DNA of 64,000 bases. Source: an uncultured delta proteobacterium. Lineage in GTDB: Bacteria; Myxococcota_A; UBA9160; UBA4427. Positions 20,532-30,396 of this stretch are shown here, one piece after another. The notes below the pieces were generated by a model. It worked only from the letters and a program-made list of their open reading frames with translations, did no database searches and was not told the origin of the DNA. Made by a program: the position numbers and the translations under genes. The DNA is taken from positions 128,001 to 192,000 of the forward strand of contig CAWGJT010000010.1 in the NCBI GenBank assembly GCA_963822965.1, read 5' to 3'. The stretch's first letter is position 1. Each line of letters opens with the position of its first letter.

Positions 20532-21773
20532 TCAGAATCGAAGGTCGACCCGGCCGCCGTTCGAGACCTGGCAGGTGCCGGTGCCGCCTCCGCCCAGACC
20601 GGTCGCGGGATCGTTCAGGCGGATCTGGCAGCGCATGGCGCTGCCGCGATCGCCCGTGAGGCTCGCGAGCATCCTGCCGGTGTAGAAGCGGGCGAAGTCG
20701 CCGAACGAGATCCCGGTGGCGGTCCACTCGCCGTCGGGACCCTCGCCCCACGCCGCCCACTGCGGATCCGACCAGCCGTCGTAGATGCCCATGACCAGGT
20801 CGTCGTGGAGGGACTTCTCCATCTGCACGTAGCGGCCGTGGAACTGCTCGCCTCCCTTTCCCAGGGTGGTGGACAGCGTGCCGCGGGTGCTGCTCTGGGC
20901 TTCGAAGCTGAACGGCACCTCCTGGACAGGACCCTGGGGCGGGGTCCAGCGCGCGGGAAGCATGCCGGTCTTCTCCGAGCGGGCGTCCACCGCCGTCGTC
21001 TCCGGGGCGCCTTCCGGGGCACCGCACCGGGGGAAGGCCTGTTGGATCGCCTGGTCGCGCTGCCGGATGCCGGCGCTGAGACACGGCGGGTCGGTGCACT
21101 CCCCCTCGAGCTCGCTCCGCCACGCCTGCTCCTGCGCGACGAGCGCGCCGCGCGGGTCGGGGGGCAGCGTCTGCTTGCAGGTCTCGAAGACGCGTCGATG
21201 CCGCGCCTCGAGCGCCTGCAGCTCGCGCGCCTGGCACGCGCTCTGCTCCGAATCCGTCTCGAGGGCGTCGCAGTCCACCTCGACGGACGCCTGGGCTCCG
21301 GCGGTTCGCGCCTCACCGGCGTTCTGGGCGGCGTTCTGGGCGTCGAAGGAGGGCCCGGGTGCGCCGGCGCCCGCGGCGGTCAGGCTGCGGAAGGGCTCGG
21401 ACTGCAGCACCGCCCGCGCCTCGGGCGATCCGATCTCCCCGAGCAGGGCCTCGATCTGGAACAGATTGGCGGAGCCGCAGTTCCACCAGATGGTCGTGCG
21501 GAGAAGCCGGGCCTGCCGCGGGTCCTGCTTCAGGCGGAAGCGGTAGAGACGTGCCAGCGCCTCGGCGTCCCGGACGAAGCCGCTGCAGTTTCCGCTCATG
21601 AGATCCTGGGAGCAGAGACGGTAGTCCTCGTCGATGGCCGGGCAGACGTCGGTCGGCTCCGCGACGAGCTCCTCCTGCGCGTGGCCGGCGCCCGGAGAGA
21701 GCAGGAGGGCCAGCAGGGCCAGACCCAGGATCGTTCCCACGCCCGCCAGGGCTGTCCGGCTCTCGCCTCGCAC
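20532..21773 (-). CDS. Secreted multidomain protein with central LprI/DUF1311-like domain
   Basis: Signal peptide; DC..EQSAC..LVAQEQAW..EC..CL..R pattern; Cys-containing N- and C-terminal domains of unknown function. Confidence 0.55.
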   Translation of the reverse strand: MRGESRTALAGVGTILGLALLALLLSPGAGHAQEELVAEPTDVCPAIDEDYRLCSQDLMSGNCSGFVRDAEALARLYRFRLKQDPRQARLLRTTIWWNCGSANLFQIEALLGEIGSPEARAVLQSEPFRSLTAAGAGAPGPSFDAQNAAQNAGEARTAGAQASVEVDCDALETDSEQSACQARELQALEARHRRVFETCKQTLPPDPRGALVAQEQAWRSELEGECTDPPCLSAGIRQRDQAIQQAFPRCGAPEGAPETTAVDARSEKTGMLPARWTPPQGPVQEVPFSFEAQSSTRGTLSTTLGKGGEQFHGRYVQMEKSLHDDLVMGIYDGWSDPQWAAWGEGPDGEWTATGISFGDFARFYTGRMLASLTGDRGSAMRCQIRLNDPATGLGGGGTGTCQVSNGGRVDLRF

Positions 21774-21951
21774 GCGGGCAGGCTAGCAGAGGGCCAGGGC
21801 CCCGCCGGGATTCCCTCGTTCCATCGGGCGAGGCGTCTCGACGCCGCCCCGGCACGCCTGCTCCCGAGTCCGGATTCGATGTGGACTTTTGGGTCGCTCC
21901 CGGACCATGATGGCCCCCTGGAGCTGTTCCGCTTCTCGAGGAGGGGCCACG

Positions 21952-23401
21952 ATGAGAACCGCACTGTTGCCGACTTCGGGTGCCGCCCTGCTGTGGACCG
22001 CGTTGCTGTCGATGATCGCCGGACCGGCGCTCGCCTACTATCCGCCGGAGAAGGAGGTGCCCCAGGACACCCGCGAGTTCTTCGTCGACGAGGCGAAGCT
22101 GCCCTTCGACGCCTTGCCCGGGCTGCCCTCGACCCGCTACTGGGGCATCGACGAAGGCGCCGGCTACCGCATCGAGGTGCCGGACAGCTGGAACGGCGAT
22201 CTCGTCGTCTACACCCACGGCTACCGCGGGAACGGCCCCGAGCTCACGGTCGACAGTCCGCCCCTGCGCCAGTACTACCTCGCACTCGGCTACGCCTGGC
22301 TGGCTTCGAGCTACTCCAAGAACTACTACGACGTGCGCGCCGGCGTAGAGAGCACGAACAGTCTCGTGCGCTACTTCAAGCACAACATCGCCGAGCCGAA
22401 TCGCACCTACATCACCGGCTTCTCCATGGGCGGGCACGTGATCGGCGCGGCCATCGAGCAGTTCCCGAACTTCGCGTGCGGACACGGTCGCGGAGGAGCG
22501 ATCTGCCAGCGACTGGTGGATCTGCTGGGCAAGCTGTCGGGTGGCGTCAAGTACGACGGCGCGGCGCCGCACTGCGGCGTGATGGGCGACGAGGCGCTCT
22601 TCGACTACTTCGGCGACTTCTCGTACGGCGCCGAGACCCTGGCCGGAGCGCCCTCGGAGTTCCCGCCGCCGCCGGACTACTTCGACCGCATCTTCCTGCC
22701 GACGATCTCCGCGCTCTACGTGAACCCGTTCGACCTGCTGAGCGGGAACGGATCCACCGCCGTCCCGAACGCGCTCGGGGAGAAGCTGCGGACCTACACG
22801 GTCCAGATCTCGGGTGGGCCGAGGCCCCTCGCCACCACCGCCTTCCCGTACTTCCAGCAGCTGCTCTTCAGCTTCAGCGGCTCCGACGGCACCGTGGACG
22901 GCATCGTCTCGGGCAACATCTACGACAACCGGAAGCGCGCGTACCAGCTCGACGCGGATCCGGCCGTCTCGGCCGAAGAGGAGGCCTTCAACGACGCAAT
23001 CCTGCGCGTCCGGCGCGACCCGGGCGTGAACCCGCGCCAGCTCCTGCACGTCGAGCGGGTTCCCCTCATCACGGGTCGCATCGACCTGCCGGTCCTCTCC
23101 GATCCACACGACGGGCGATCTCTTCGTGCCGTTCTCCATGGAGCAGATCTACGCGCGGGACGTGGCCAAGCAGCATCGCTCGAAGAACCTGGTGAGCCGG
23201 GCGACGCGCGCCATCGGCCACTGCGAGTTCTCGCCGGAAGAGCTGATCGAGACCTTCGACGATCTGGTCTCGTGGGTGGAGGATGGCGTGCGGCCCGCGG
23301 GCGACGACATCCTCGACCCGGCGAACCTGGCCGATCCGCTCTTCGGCTGCGGGTTCTCGCGCGGCACGACGGCGAGCCGCCCGCTCGCGCCCTGTCCGTA
23401 G
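21952..23401 (+). CDS. Secreted alpha/beta hydrolase (frameshift near 23100)
   Basis: Signal peptide, YTHGY and GFSMGG; HTTGDLFVP and GHCEF in the second frame. Confidence 0.8.
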
Positions 23402-23512
23402 GCCGTTCGCGCCCGCTGGCTGGGGCGCGCGGCGTACGACGGGAGGGCGGCTCGGGAGGCCGACCCCGGAAGGGTCGGCTCGCGCCGCAGACGCCTCCGA
23501 GCGGCTCGCCGG

Positions 23513-24157
23513 TCAGTCGTCGGGTGCCTGCCGTCCGGCGGCCTCCAGGTCGGCCTCCGCGGCCTCGAGCAGCGCGCGCGAGGCCGCTTCGTCCACCTCG
23601 GCCTGCTCCAGAGCCGCAGCCCGGGGCAGGAACCGGTCGAGCACCGGGTTGAAGCGCTCCATCCCCTCGAAGGCGTGCTTCGCCGGGTCCTCGCCCCGGG
23701 CTTCGAGCTCGCTGACGTAGCGCTCGAGCTCCGCCACGTCCCGCTCGCTCTCGTCGAGGTCGCGTTGGGCGCGGTCGAGCGCGTCGAGCGCCTCTTCGTG
23801 GGCGGCGCGGGCGGAGGCCACCGCCTCCTCGGCCTGGGCGACGGGATCCTGGCTCGCCGCGTGTGCCCCGGGCGATGCCGGCACACCGCGTGAGACGGGG
23901 GCGGTTCCGGGCGAGGCGGACGAAGTCGCTCGCGGCAAGGCGGACGAAGTCGCTCGCGGCAAGGCGGACGAAGTCGCCCGCGGCAAGGCGGACGAAGTCG
24001 CTCGCGGCAAGGCGGACGAAGTCGTTCCGGTCGGGGATGGAGCGGCCCCGGGCGGGATCTCGTCGGGCCGTGTCGCATGCAGGACCCGAAGCGCCAGCAG
24101 GCCGCCGACGGCGAGCACCACCAGGACTCCCGCTGCGAGAAGCGCTCGTCGCCGCAT
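23513..24157 (-). CDS. Membrane-anchored coiled-coil hypothetical protein with TSSALPRA repeats
   Basis: N-terminal TM, repeat linker, acidic helical C-terminus; starts 6 bp after the slyD stop. Confidence 0.65.
   Translation of the reverse strand: MRRRALLAAGVLVVLAVGGLLALRVLHATRPDEIPPGAAPSPTGTTSSALPRATSSALPRATSSALPRATSSALPRATSSASPGTAPVSRGVPASPGAHAASQDPVAQAEEAVASARAAHEEALDALDRAQRDLDESERDVAELERYVSELEARGEDPAKHAFEGMERFNPVLDRFLPRAAALEQAEVDEAASRALLEAAEADLEAAGRQAPDD
23916..24024. repeat. Coding tandem repeat, 24 bp x4.5
   Basis: GCGGACGAAGTCGCTCGCGGCAAG repeated in frame. Confidence 0.95.
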
Positions 24158-24163
24158 CGGGCG

Positions 24164-24583
24164 CTACTGGATCTCGACCACCTTGACGTCGAAGTGCAGC
24201 GTCTGGCCCGCCAGCGGATGGTTCAGGTCCACGACGACGACGTCCTCGCGCACCTCCTTCACACGCACCGGGATGCGGTTGCCCTGGGGATCGGACGCCA
24301 GCAGCTGGGTGCCCACCTCCCGGGCCTCTTCCGGCACCTGCTCGACGGACACCGCCTGGGCCCGCTCGGGATCGACCGGCCCGTAGCCCTGCTCGGGAGG
24401 CAGGGTCACCTCCTTCGTCTCGTTCACCGAGAGACCCGAGAGAGCTTCCTCCAGGGCCGGCAGGATCTGGCCCTCTCCCTGGGTGTAGCTCAGGGGCTCG
24501 CGGCCCACGTTGGTGTCCGCGGTCGTGCCGTCGTCGAGCTTCAGGGTGTACTCGATGGACACGCGTTTGCCGTCCTGGATCAC
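24164..24583 (-). CDS. slyD: FKBP-type peptidyl-prolyl isomerase (SlyD-like, no His-rich tail)
   Basis: VSIEYTL..DG, GEGQILPALE, PEQGYG, DLNHPLAGQTLHFDV; GTG after AAGGAGG. Confidence 0.9.
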   Translation of the reverse strand: MIQDGKRVSIEYTLKLDDGTTADTNVGREPLSYTQGEGQILPALEEALSGLSVNETKEVTLPPEQGYGPVDPERAQAVSVEQVPEEAREVGTQLLASDPQGNRIPVRVKEVREDVVVVDLNHPLAGQTLHFDVKVVEIQ

Positions 24584-24887
24584 GCATTCCTCCTTCCTGA
24601 GTCGTCTGTCGCGAGACGGCCAAGCTAACACAGCAGCGAGGGCTGGCGAGGCGTGATGCGGATTTCAAATCCCGGGCGGGCGCCACGGCTTCGAGCGCCA
24701 CGTTCGAGGGAGTCGTTTACGATTGTACAAGCGCGCATGACGCGCACGAAGGCGCGACGAGCCGCGACAACGGACGACGACAGGCGATCCCTGGGGCGGG
24801 GGCGCGGGAGAAGCTGCTTGGAGAGCCTGATGCGCAACGACTGAGCGATCGGTGACCGCACGGCCGGAGCGAGCCGGAGCGCGGGCC

Positions 24888-25307
24888 TCAGCCGGAGGCG
24901 AGCCAGAGATATCCCTCGAGAAACGACCCCACCAGCGCCAGCAGACAGCAGAGCACGATCGCGAGGCGCAGGCCCGGCGCGGCCGGAGGCGCCTCCTCGG
25001 CGAGGCGCGCGGCGAAGCGGCGGTACCGCGCGGCCGAGGCCAGGCTCGCGAGTACGCCGATGGCGACCAACACGAGCCCGACCCACGACGACCACGGCAC
25101 GCCCTGGAGCCCACCCGGCTGCCGCCTCGCCAGCAGCAGGCCGAAGCGATCCACCGCGAATCCCAGCACCATGAAGGCGATCGCGGCCCGCACCCAGGTG
25201 AGCAGCGTGCGCTCGGCGGCCAGCTGGACCAGGGCCCGCCCCGAGTCCGGCAGGCTCGCGTCGGATTCGTCGCGTTCGGGCGGCGCCGGCCCGCGGTCCG
25301 CATCCAT
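24888..25307 (-). CDS. DUF202 / YidH family membrane protein
   Basis: LAAERTLLTWVR motif and three TM segments. Confidence 0.85.
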   Translation of the reverse strand: MDADRGPAPPERDESDASLPDSGRALVQLAAERTLLTWVRAAIAFMVLGFAVDRFGLLLARRQPGGLQGVPWSSWVGLVLVAIGVLASLASAARYRRFAARLAEEAPPAAPGLRLAIVLCCLLALVGSFLEGYLWLASG

Positions 25308-25331
25308 CCCGCAGAGCCTATCGCTGCGGAG

Positions 25332-25460
25332 ACGGAACGGCGAAGGCGGCGGAAGCGGGACGGCAAAGGCGGCGGAGGCGGGACGGCGAAGGCGGCGGAG
25401 GCGGGACGGCAAAGGCGGCGGAAGCGGGACGGCAAAGGCGGCTGAGAAAGGCGGCTGAGG
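25332..25460. repeat. Tandem repeat, ~23 bp x~5 (GCGGGACGGC(A/G)AAGGCGGCGGA(A/G))
   Basis: Visible directly; abuts the 3' break of the MBL fragment. Confidence 0.9.
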
Positions 25461-26180
25461 CGAGCGGTGCGGTTCGAGAAGTAGTCGTGCGGCTGGATCC
25501 GGAACCCGTCCTCGTCCGACCAGGAGTCTCCACTCACCATCACCCGGAGCTCGGGGCGCTCGATGCCGTGCTCTTCGAAGTACTGCTGCACCATCAGCGG
25601 CGTCGTCACCTGCTCGTTGAGGCGGAACGTCTCGCGGTGCAGGTGGCAGTGGTTGCTGGCGAAGGGGATGGCGTACCGCGCGCCCGTGGCCCGCGCCACA
25701 TCGGCGAAGTCGCGCGTGTACCGCAGGGGATCGTCCACGCTCTGCTGAGGCTGGTCGATCAGCTCGTAGCAGATGCGCGAGTTCGCGCTGCTGTGGCTTC
25801 GCAACAGGAAGTCGATGCGCGGGTGACGGCGCAGGATCTGCTTCAGCGGGCCGCCCATGATCTTGGCGTCGTTGCAGTTGAGAATCAGTGTCCGTCGGCC
25901 GCGATCACCAGCACGCTGTCGAGGTAGGGGCCGAAGTGGTAGGAGGCGATCGTGAACCCGGGACGGATCACGTGGCTCTGTCCGTGGTGCAGCTCGACCA
26001 CGTTCCGGAAGCCCATGACCTCGAGGTCTTCCTTCATGCGGCCGCAGGGCTCGCGGGGGATCACGATGCGCTTGTCCAGGCCGAGCTTGCGAAGCGAGAT
26101 GCCCTGGAAGTGGTCCCAGTGGACGTGGGTGAGGTAGATCACGTCGGGGGCGAGGGAGTCCACCAGCTCGCGACTTACCG
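25460..26180 (-). pseudogene. Truncated MBL-fold metallo-hydrolase (UlaG / CMP-NeuAc hydroxylase-like)
   Basis: IYLTHVHWDHF, LDSVLV, ILNCND and AIPFAS motifs; frameshift near 25890; no N-terminus with start and DPW motif; the 3' end runs into the tandem repeat. Confidence 0.7.
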
Positions 26181-26376
26181 GCTTGGCCGGGGTGAGGGCG
26201 CGGCGCGGGCGGGGCGCCTGAAGGGGAGGGCGCCTTGCCAGGGCGCCGAGGGCGTGCTCGCGGCCGGGTTTGCGCTGGCCCCGGCGACCGCCGACCCTCC
26301 CGTGATGAACCCCGCACTCCGGGAGCCCCGCAAGGGCCGGGAAGGCCGCGCACCGCGGAGCCGTGGGCGCCATGCG

Positions 26377-27165
26377 ATGGCCGCACGCCGGGGATCCCGC
26401 GGTAGACATGCCTGGGTGTGGCTCGCGATCGCCCCGGCGGTGCTCGGATGTACGGAGCTCCAGGGTCTCGGGCTCGAGGACATCCTGCAGGCGCCCGGCG
26501 CGACCTCCGAGGCGCGCGTGGCGGCCGGATTGCGCGAGGCGCTGCGGGTGGGAACCGAGCGCGCTACGGCCAGCCTGTCCCGGCCCGGAGGCTTCGCGAA
26601 CGTGCCGGCGCTGCGTCTCTCCCTGCCCGAGAACCTGCAGCCCGCCGCGCGCACGCTCCGGGCGGTGGGCCTCGGCAAGCCCGTCGACGATCTCGAGGCC
26701 GCCATGAACCGCGCCGCCGAGCGCGCGGCAGGCGAGGCCGTCCCGGTCTTTGCCGACGCCCTCTCCGCCATGACGATTGCCGACGCGCTCGCCATCCTGA
26801 ACGGTCCCGGCGATGCCGCCACGCGCTACTTCCAGGAGCACACGGCGGCGGCCCTGCGGACGCGATTCGCCCCGGTGGTCGACTCGGCGATGCAGCAGGT
26901 GGGTGTCTACCAGAGCTACCAGGAGACCCAGCGCGTCTACCAGACCATCCCCTTCAGCGCCGCGCTGCCCGCCCCCGACCTGCAGGGCTACGTGCTCGAC
27001 CGCACCCTCGCGGGCCTGTTCAGCACCCTCGCGAGCGAGGAAGCCCGCATCCGCGAGGATCCGGCGGCGCGCACCACCGCGCTGCTGCGCGAGGTCTTCG
27101 GCAGGACTTCCGCTTCGGGGTCGCCTCAGCCGAGCGCCTTCCGGGGGCGCCGCCGGTCGTCGTGA
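26377..27165 (+). CDS. DUF4197 family lipoprotein
   Basis: VLGC lipobox; GLREALRVG, MNRAAERA, DALAILNGPGDAATRYF, EEARIREDPAARTTALLREVFG. Confidence 0.9.
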   Translation: MAARRGSRGRHAWVWLAIAPAVLGCTELQGLGLEDILQAPGATSEARVAAGLREALRVGTERATASLSRPGGFANVPALRLSLPENLQPAARTLRAVGLGKPVDDLEAAMNRAAERAAGEAVPVFADALSAMTIADALAILNGPGDAATRYFQEHTAAALRTRFAPVVDSAMQQVGVYQSYQETQRVYQTIPFSAALPAPDLQGYVLDRTLAGLFSTLASEEARIREDPAARTTALLREVFGRTSASGSPQPSAFRGRRRSS

Positions 27166-27193
27166 GCCTGGACTGGGGCACGGGCTTCGTCGC

Positions 27194-30190
27194 TCAGGGC
27201 AGGTAGCGCGCCTCGAGCTCCTTGACCGCCTTGCGGAGGATGCGCTCGGTGTCGCGGTCGGAGCCGAAGAAGCTCACGCCCATGCCGCTCGGCTCGTGGG
27301 GCCGGGCCGGGTCTTCTTGCTGCACGTGGACGACCCGTGCGAAGCCCCGGAAGCGGTCGTGGGGCATGTCCATCTCCACCCGCAGCGAGCTGCCCACCGG
27401 AAGCGGGTCGCTCGTCTCGACGAAGGCGCCGCGGGGCGAGAGGCTCGACACCACCGCGACCTCACGGCGGTTGCCGCTGGAGATGCTGGCCGTCAGGTCG
27501 ACGGGGACGCGCGGCTCGCGCCGGTCGGCGATCTCGCACGAGAGCGCCATGGCGCTCTTCAGGAGGCAGCGCAGCTCGGTGTCGTTGAACGGAACCCACA
27601 GCACCCAGTCCACGCCGGACTCCCGAATGGTGCTCCGGACGTCGTCCTCGGGTCGCTCGCCGATCACGATCACGCGGCGGCGCTCGCCGCAGAGCTCGGC
27701 CAGGTGGCTCATCACCCGGTTCAGGCCGTCGAAGTCCACCGTGGGAGGGGCCGCGACGACCCGGATGCCGTCGCCTTCCTGGTTGACGAAGAGGTGCGCC
27801 TCGTCGATCGCGGAGGCGTAGTGGATGTCGATTCCGAGCCGGCTGAGGCGCAGGGCGACGGCGCCGAGCGCCTCGTCGCCGTCGTCGATGACGAGCACCC
27901 GCCCGCGGTCGTGCGCCGGCGTCCGCACGACGCTCTTCTCCGGCGCGGCGGGGCTCGCGCTGCGCAGGACCGGGGCGTCGTCCTCCTGGAGCGCTTCGTC
28001 CTCGAGCCTGGCGCGGGCCCAGGGAGAGGTTCCGTTCGGCGTGCACACCGGAGCCGGCGCGCCGGTGGGCGCCAGGAAGCGGAGCGCCTCCTCGGCCGGG
28101 ACGGCGGGGGCGTACAGGAAGCCCTGGATCTGGTCGCAGCGCATGTTGCGCAGGATCTCGGCCTGCTCCTCGCAGTCGACCCCTTCGGCGACGACGGTGA
28201 GTCCGAGGCTGTGGGCCATGGCGACCACCGCCGAGGCGATGCCCATCGCCGAGGGGTTGCTGTCGATGTCTCGTAGCAGGCCCCGGTCCATCTTCAGGAC
28301 GTCGAGGTTGAAGCGGTTGAGGTAGGTGAGCGCCGAGTAGCCGGTGCCGAAGTCGTCGAGGGCGATGCGGACGCCGATGGAGCGCAGGTCGCGAAGGACC
28401 AGCTCCACGTGGTCGCCTTCGGCGAGCAGCAGGCTCTCGGTGAGCTCGAGCTCCAGGTGCCGCGGGTCGATCTGGTGCTGCTTGAGCGCGTCGCTCACCA
28501 CGCACTGCAGGTCGACCTCGGTGAACTGGTGGCTCGAGACGTTCACGGCGACGGGCACGATCGCGAGCCCCGCCTGCTTCCACTCCTGCAGCTGCCGGCA
28601 GGCCTCCTGCAGCGCCCAGGTTCCCAGCTCGCTGATCAGCCCGCGTTCCTCGGCGACGGGGATGAACTCGGCCGGGCCGACGTCGCCCAGGTCGGGGCTC
28701 TTCCAGCGCATGAGCGCCTCGAAGCCCACCACCGTGCCGGTGGGCGCATCGACCTTGGGCTGGTAGAAGAGCCGCAGCTCGTCGTGCTCGATCGCCTGGC
28801 GGAGTCCCTGCTCCAGGCGTGTGGCGCGATCTGCCCTCTCGTCGAACGAGGTCTCGTAGCGCGCGTAGCGTCGCCTTCCCTTGCTCTTGGCGGCGTAGAG
28901 AGCCGTGTCCGCATGACGGATCAGGGTGTCGAGGTCGTGACCGTCCTCCGGGCACACGGCGATGCCGACGCTCGCCGACACCTTGAGGGTGCGCTGGCGC
29001 AGCTCGATGGGCCGACCCACCAGCTCGAGGATCCAGCCGGCCAGCTCGGCGGCGCTCTGGCCGTCGCGGAGTCGCGGCGCGATGACGGCGAACTCGTCCC
29101 CGGAGAGGCGCGCGACGGTGAGGGGCGCGTGGGAGACTCCGAAGCGCTCGACCTCCTCCAGCACCAGACAGGTTCGGAATCGCTCGGCCAGGGCCTCCAG
29201 CAGGGTGTCGCCGGCACCGTGGCCCAGGGAATCGTTGATGGCCTTGAAGTCGTCGAGGTCGATGTAGAAGAGACCGGTGCGGTAGGAAGACCGGCGCGCG
29301 TCTTCCAGCACCTGGGTCAGGGTCTCGAGGAAGAGCCGCCGGTTCGCCAGGCCCGTCAGGCTGTCGTAGTGGGCGAGCTTCACGAGGCGGCGCTCGTCGC
29401 GGTAGCTGCCGGTGACGTCGCGAACCAGAATGCCGCGCGCGCGCGCCAGCGGGCCCCGGGCGGGCGCGGCCGTGGTCCACGCCTCGAGCATGCGGCCCGA
29501 GCCCGTGCGCAGCCGCCCCCGTCGCGCCTGGCCGTCCCGGAGCAGCTGCCGGACGGCGTCGGGCAGGGTGGCGCTGGGCGACCCGTCCCGTCCCGCCAGC
29601 CGCAACGTCTTGCGGGCCTTCTCGCTGGCGTGCAGCAGCCGTCCCTTCGCGTCGACCACCAGCATGTGGTCGCCGGCCGTCTGCATCGCCGCCGCGCGTA
29701 CGCGCGAGATCAGCCGGGCCCGCGAGCTCGCCGACAGCAGCAACGGCGCGAGCACCGCGCCCAACACGCCGGCCTCGACCGGACCGGGTCGGAGCGGCAG
29801 GCCGAAAGTCTCGAGGAAGGGAGAGACCGCCCAGCTGGACGTGCCGGCCAGGGTCGCTCCCAGCAGGAGCAGGCCGCGGTTCGTCTCGACCTCGGCGAGC
29901 CAGATGAGCAGCCCGATTCCGACGAGCGCGATCCCCTCGCCCCGGAGCAGGAGCTCCCAGGGTGCATCCGTCGCTTCGTCGCCCACCACCAGTCCCAGTA
30001 CACCGCGGAGGGACGAGACGGCCCCCATCGTGAGCACGGCATTGCCCAGCAGCCAGCAGCCGCTCGCCGCGTAGCTCTGGAGCGTTCCGCTGGCATGGGG
30101 ACGGGGCCACCGGATGGCGGCCGCGACGAGCGCCGCCGCACCCAGAAGGAGGGCGGAAGCCAGTACCAGGGGCTGAGCTGCGTACTGCAT
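27194..30190 (-). CDS. Membrane-bound PAS-like/GGDEF/EAL protein with C-terminal REC-like and PilZ domains
   Basis: N-terminal TMs; DSLTGLANR, DLDDFK..ND..GH, SGDEF; FEAL, ELTE, DDFGTGYS, EGV, QG; RVLVIDD; DRREPR..SLSPRG. Confidence 0.92.
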   Translation of the reverse strand: MQYAAQPLVLASALLLGAAALVAAAIRWPRPHASGTLQSYAASGCWLLGNAVLTMGAVSSLRGVLGLVVGDEATDAPWELLLRGEGIALVGIGLLIWLAEVETNRGLLLLGATLAGTSSWAVSPFLETFGLPLRPGPVEAGVLGAVLAPLLLSASSRARLISRVRAAAMQTAGDHMLVVDAKGRLLHASEKARKTLRLAGRDGSPSATLPDAVRQLLRDGQARRGRLRTGSGRMLEAWTTAAPARGPLARARGILVRDVTGSYRDERRLVKLAHYDSLTGLANRRLFLETLTQVLEDARRSSYRTGLFYIDLDDFKAINDSLGHGAGDTLLEALAERFRTCLVLEEVERFGVSHAPLTVARLSGDEFAVIAPRLRDGQSAAELAGWILELVGRPIELRQRTLKVSASVGIAVCPEDGHDLDTLIRHADTALYAAKSKGRRRYARYETSFDERADRATRLEQGLRQAIEHDELRLFYQPKVDAPTGTVVGFEALMRWKSPDLGDVGPAEFIPVAEERGLISELGTWALQEACRQLQEWKQAGLAIVPVAVNVSSHQFTEVDLQCVVSDALKQHQIDPRHLELELTESLLLAEGDHVELVLRDLRSIGVRIALDDFGTGYSALTYLNRFNLDVLKMDRGLLRDIDSNPSAMGIASAVVAMAHSLGLTVVAEGVDCEEQAEILRNMRCDQIQGFLYAPAVPAEEALRFLAPTGAPAPVCTPNGTSPWARARLEDEALQEDDAPVLRSASPAAPEKSVVRTPAHDRGRVLVIDDGDEALGAVALRLSRLGIDIHYASAIDEAHLFVNQEGDGIRVVAAPPTVDFDGLNRVMSHLAELCGERRRVIVIGERPEDDVRSTIRESGVDWVLWVPFNDTELRCLLKSAMALSCEIADRREPRVPVDLTASISSGNRREVAVVSSLSPRGAFVETSDPLPVGSSLRVEMDMPHDRFRGFARVVHVQQEDPARPHEPSGMGVSFFGSDRDTERILRKAVKELEARYLP

Positions 30191-30396
30191 GCGCTTCCGG
30201 GAGCCGGCGAGGCTCGCGCCGAACCTGACGAGGCCACGAGCGGGTCTCGTCTCGACTCCAGGATCATCGGCCTGCCGCGGACGTCGCTGAAGGGGAGCCG
30301 GGCCGATCCGCGGCCCGGGGCGGCCCGTCCGGCCGCTACGTTCCGCTGGGCCCGGCGTCCTACGTCAGCTCCGGACGGAGCTGCCTTCCGCGGTCC

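Noticed and set aside
6180..23401. Frameshifts in the desaturase (~6970, ~7190), P450 (~7705) and hydrolases (~9153, ~23100) as programmed frameshifting or pseudogenes
   Set aside because: Most are resolved by removing one base, often in a short C/G run (GCCCTC, GTCGGGC, CTCTCCG). Catalytic motifs are intact and there are no slippery heptamers, so long-read indel error is the simplest explanation. Read mapping would settle it.
24640..24730. tRNA-Sec-like GGA-TTTCAAA-TCC loop with a nearby GTTCGA
   Set aside because: Only 3 bp of anticodon stem pair, and no acceptor or T stem can be built. More likely the slyD promoter region.
25332..25460. Tandem arrays here and at 3602, 9701 and 23916 as CRISPR arrays
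   Set aside because: Head-to-tail repeats without unique spacers; no cas genes.
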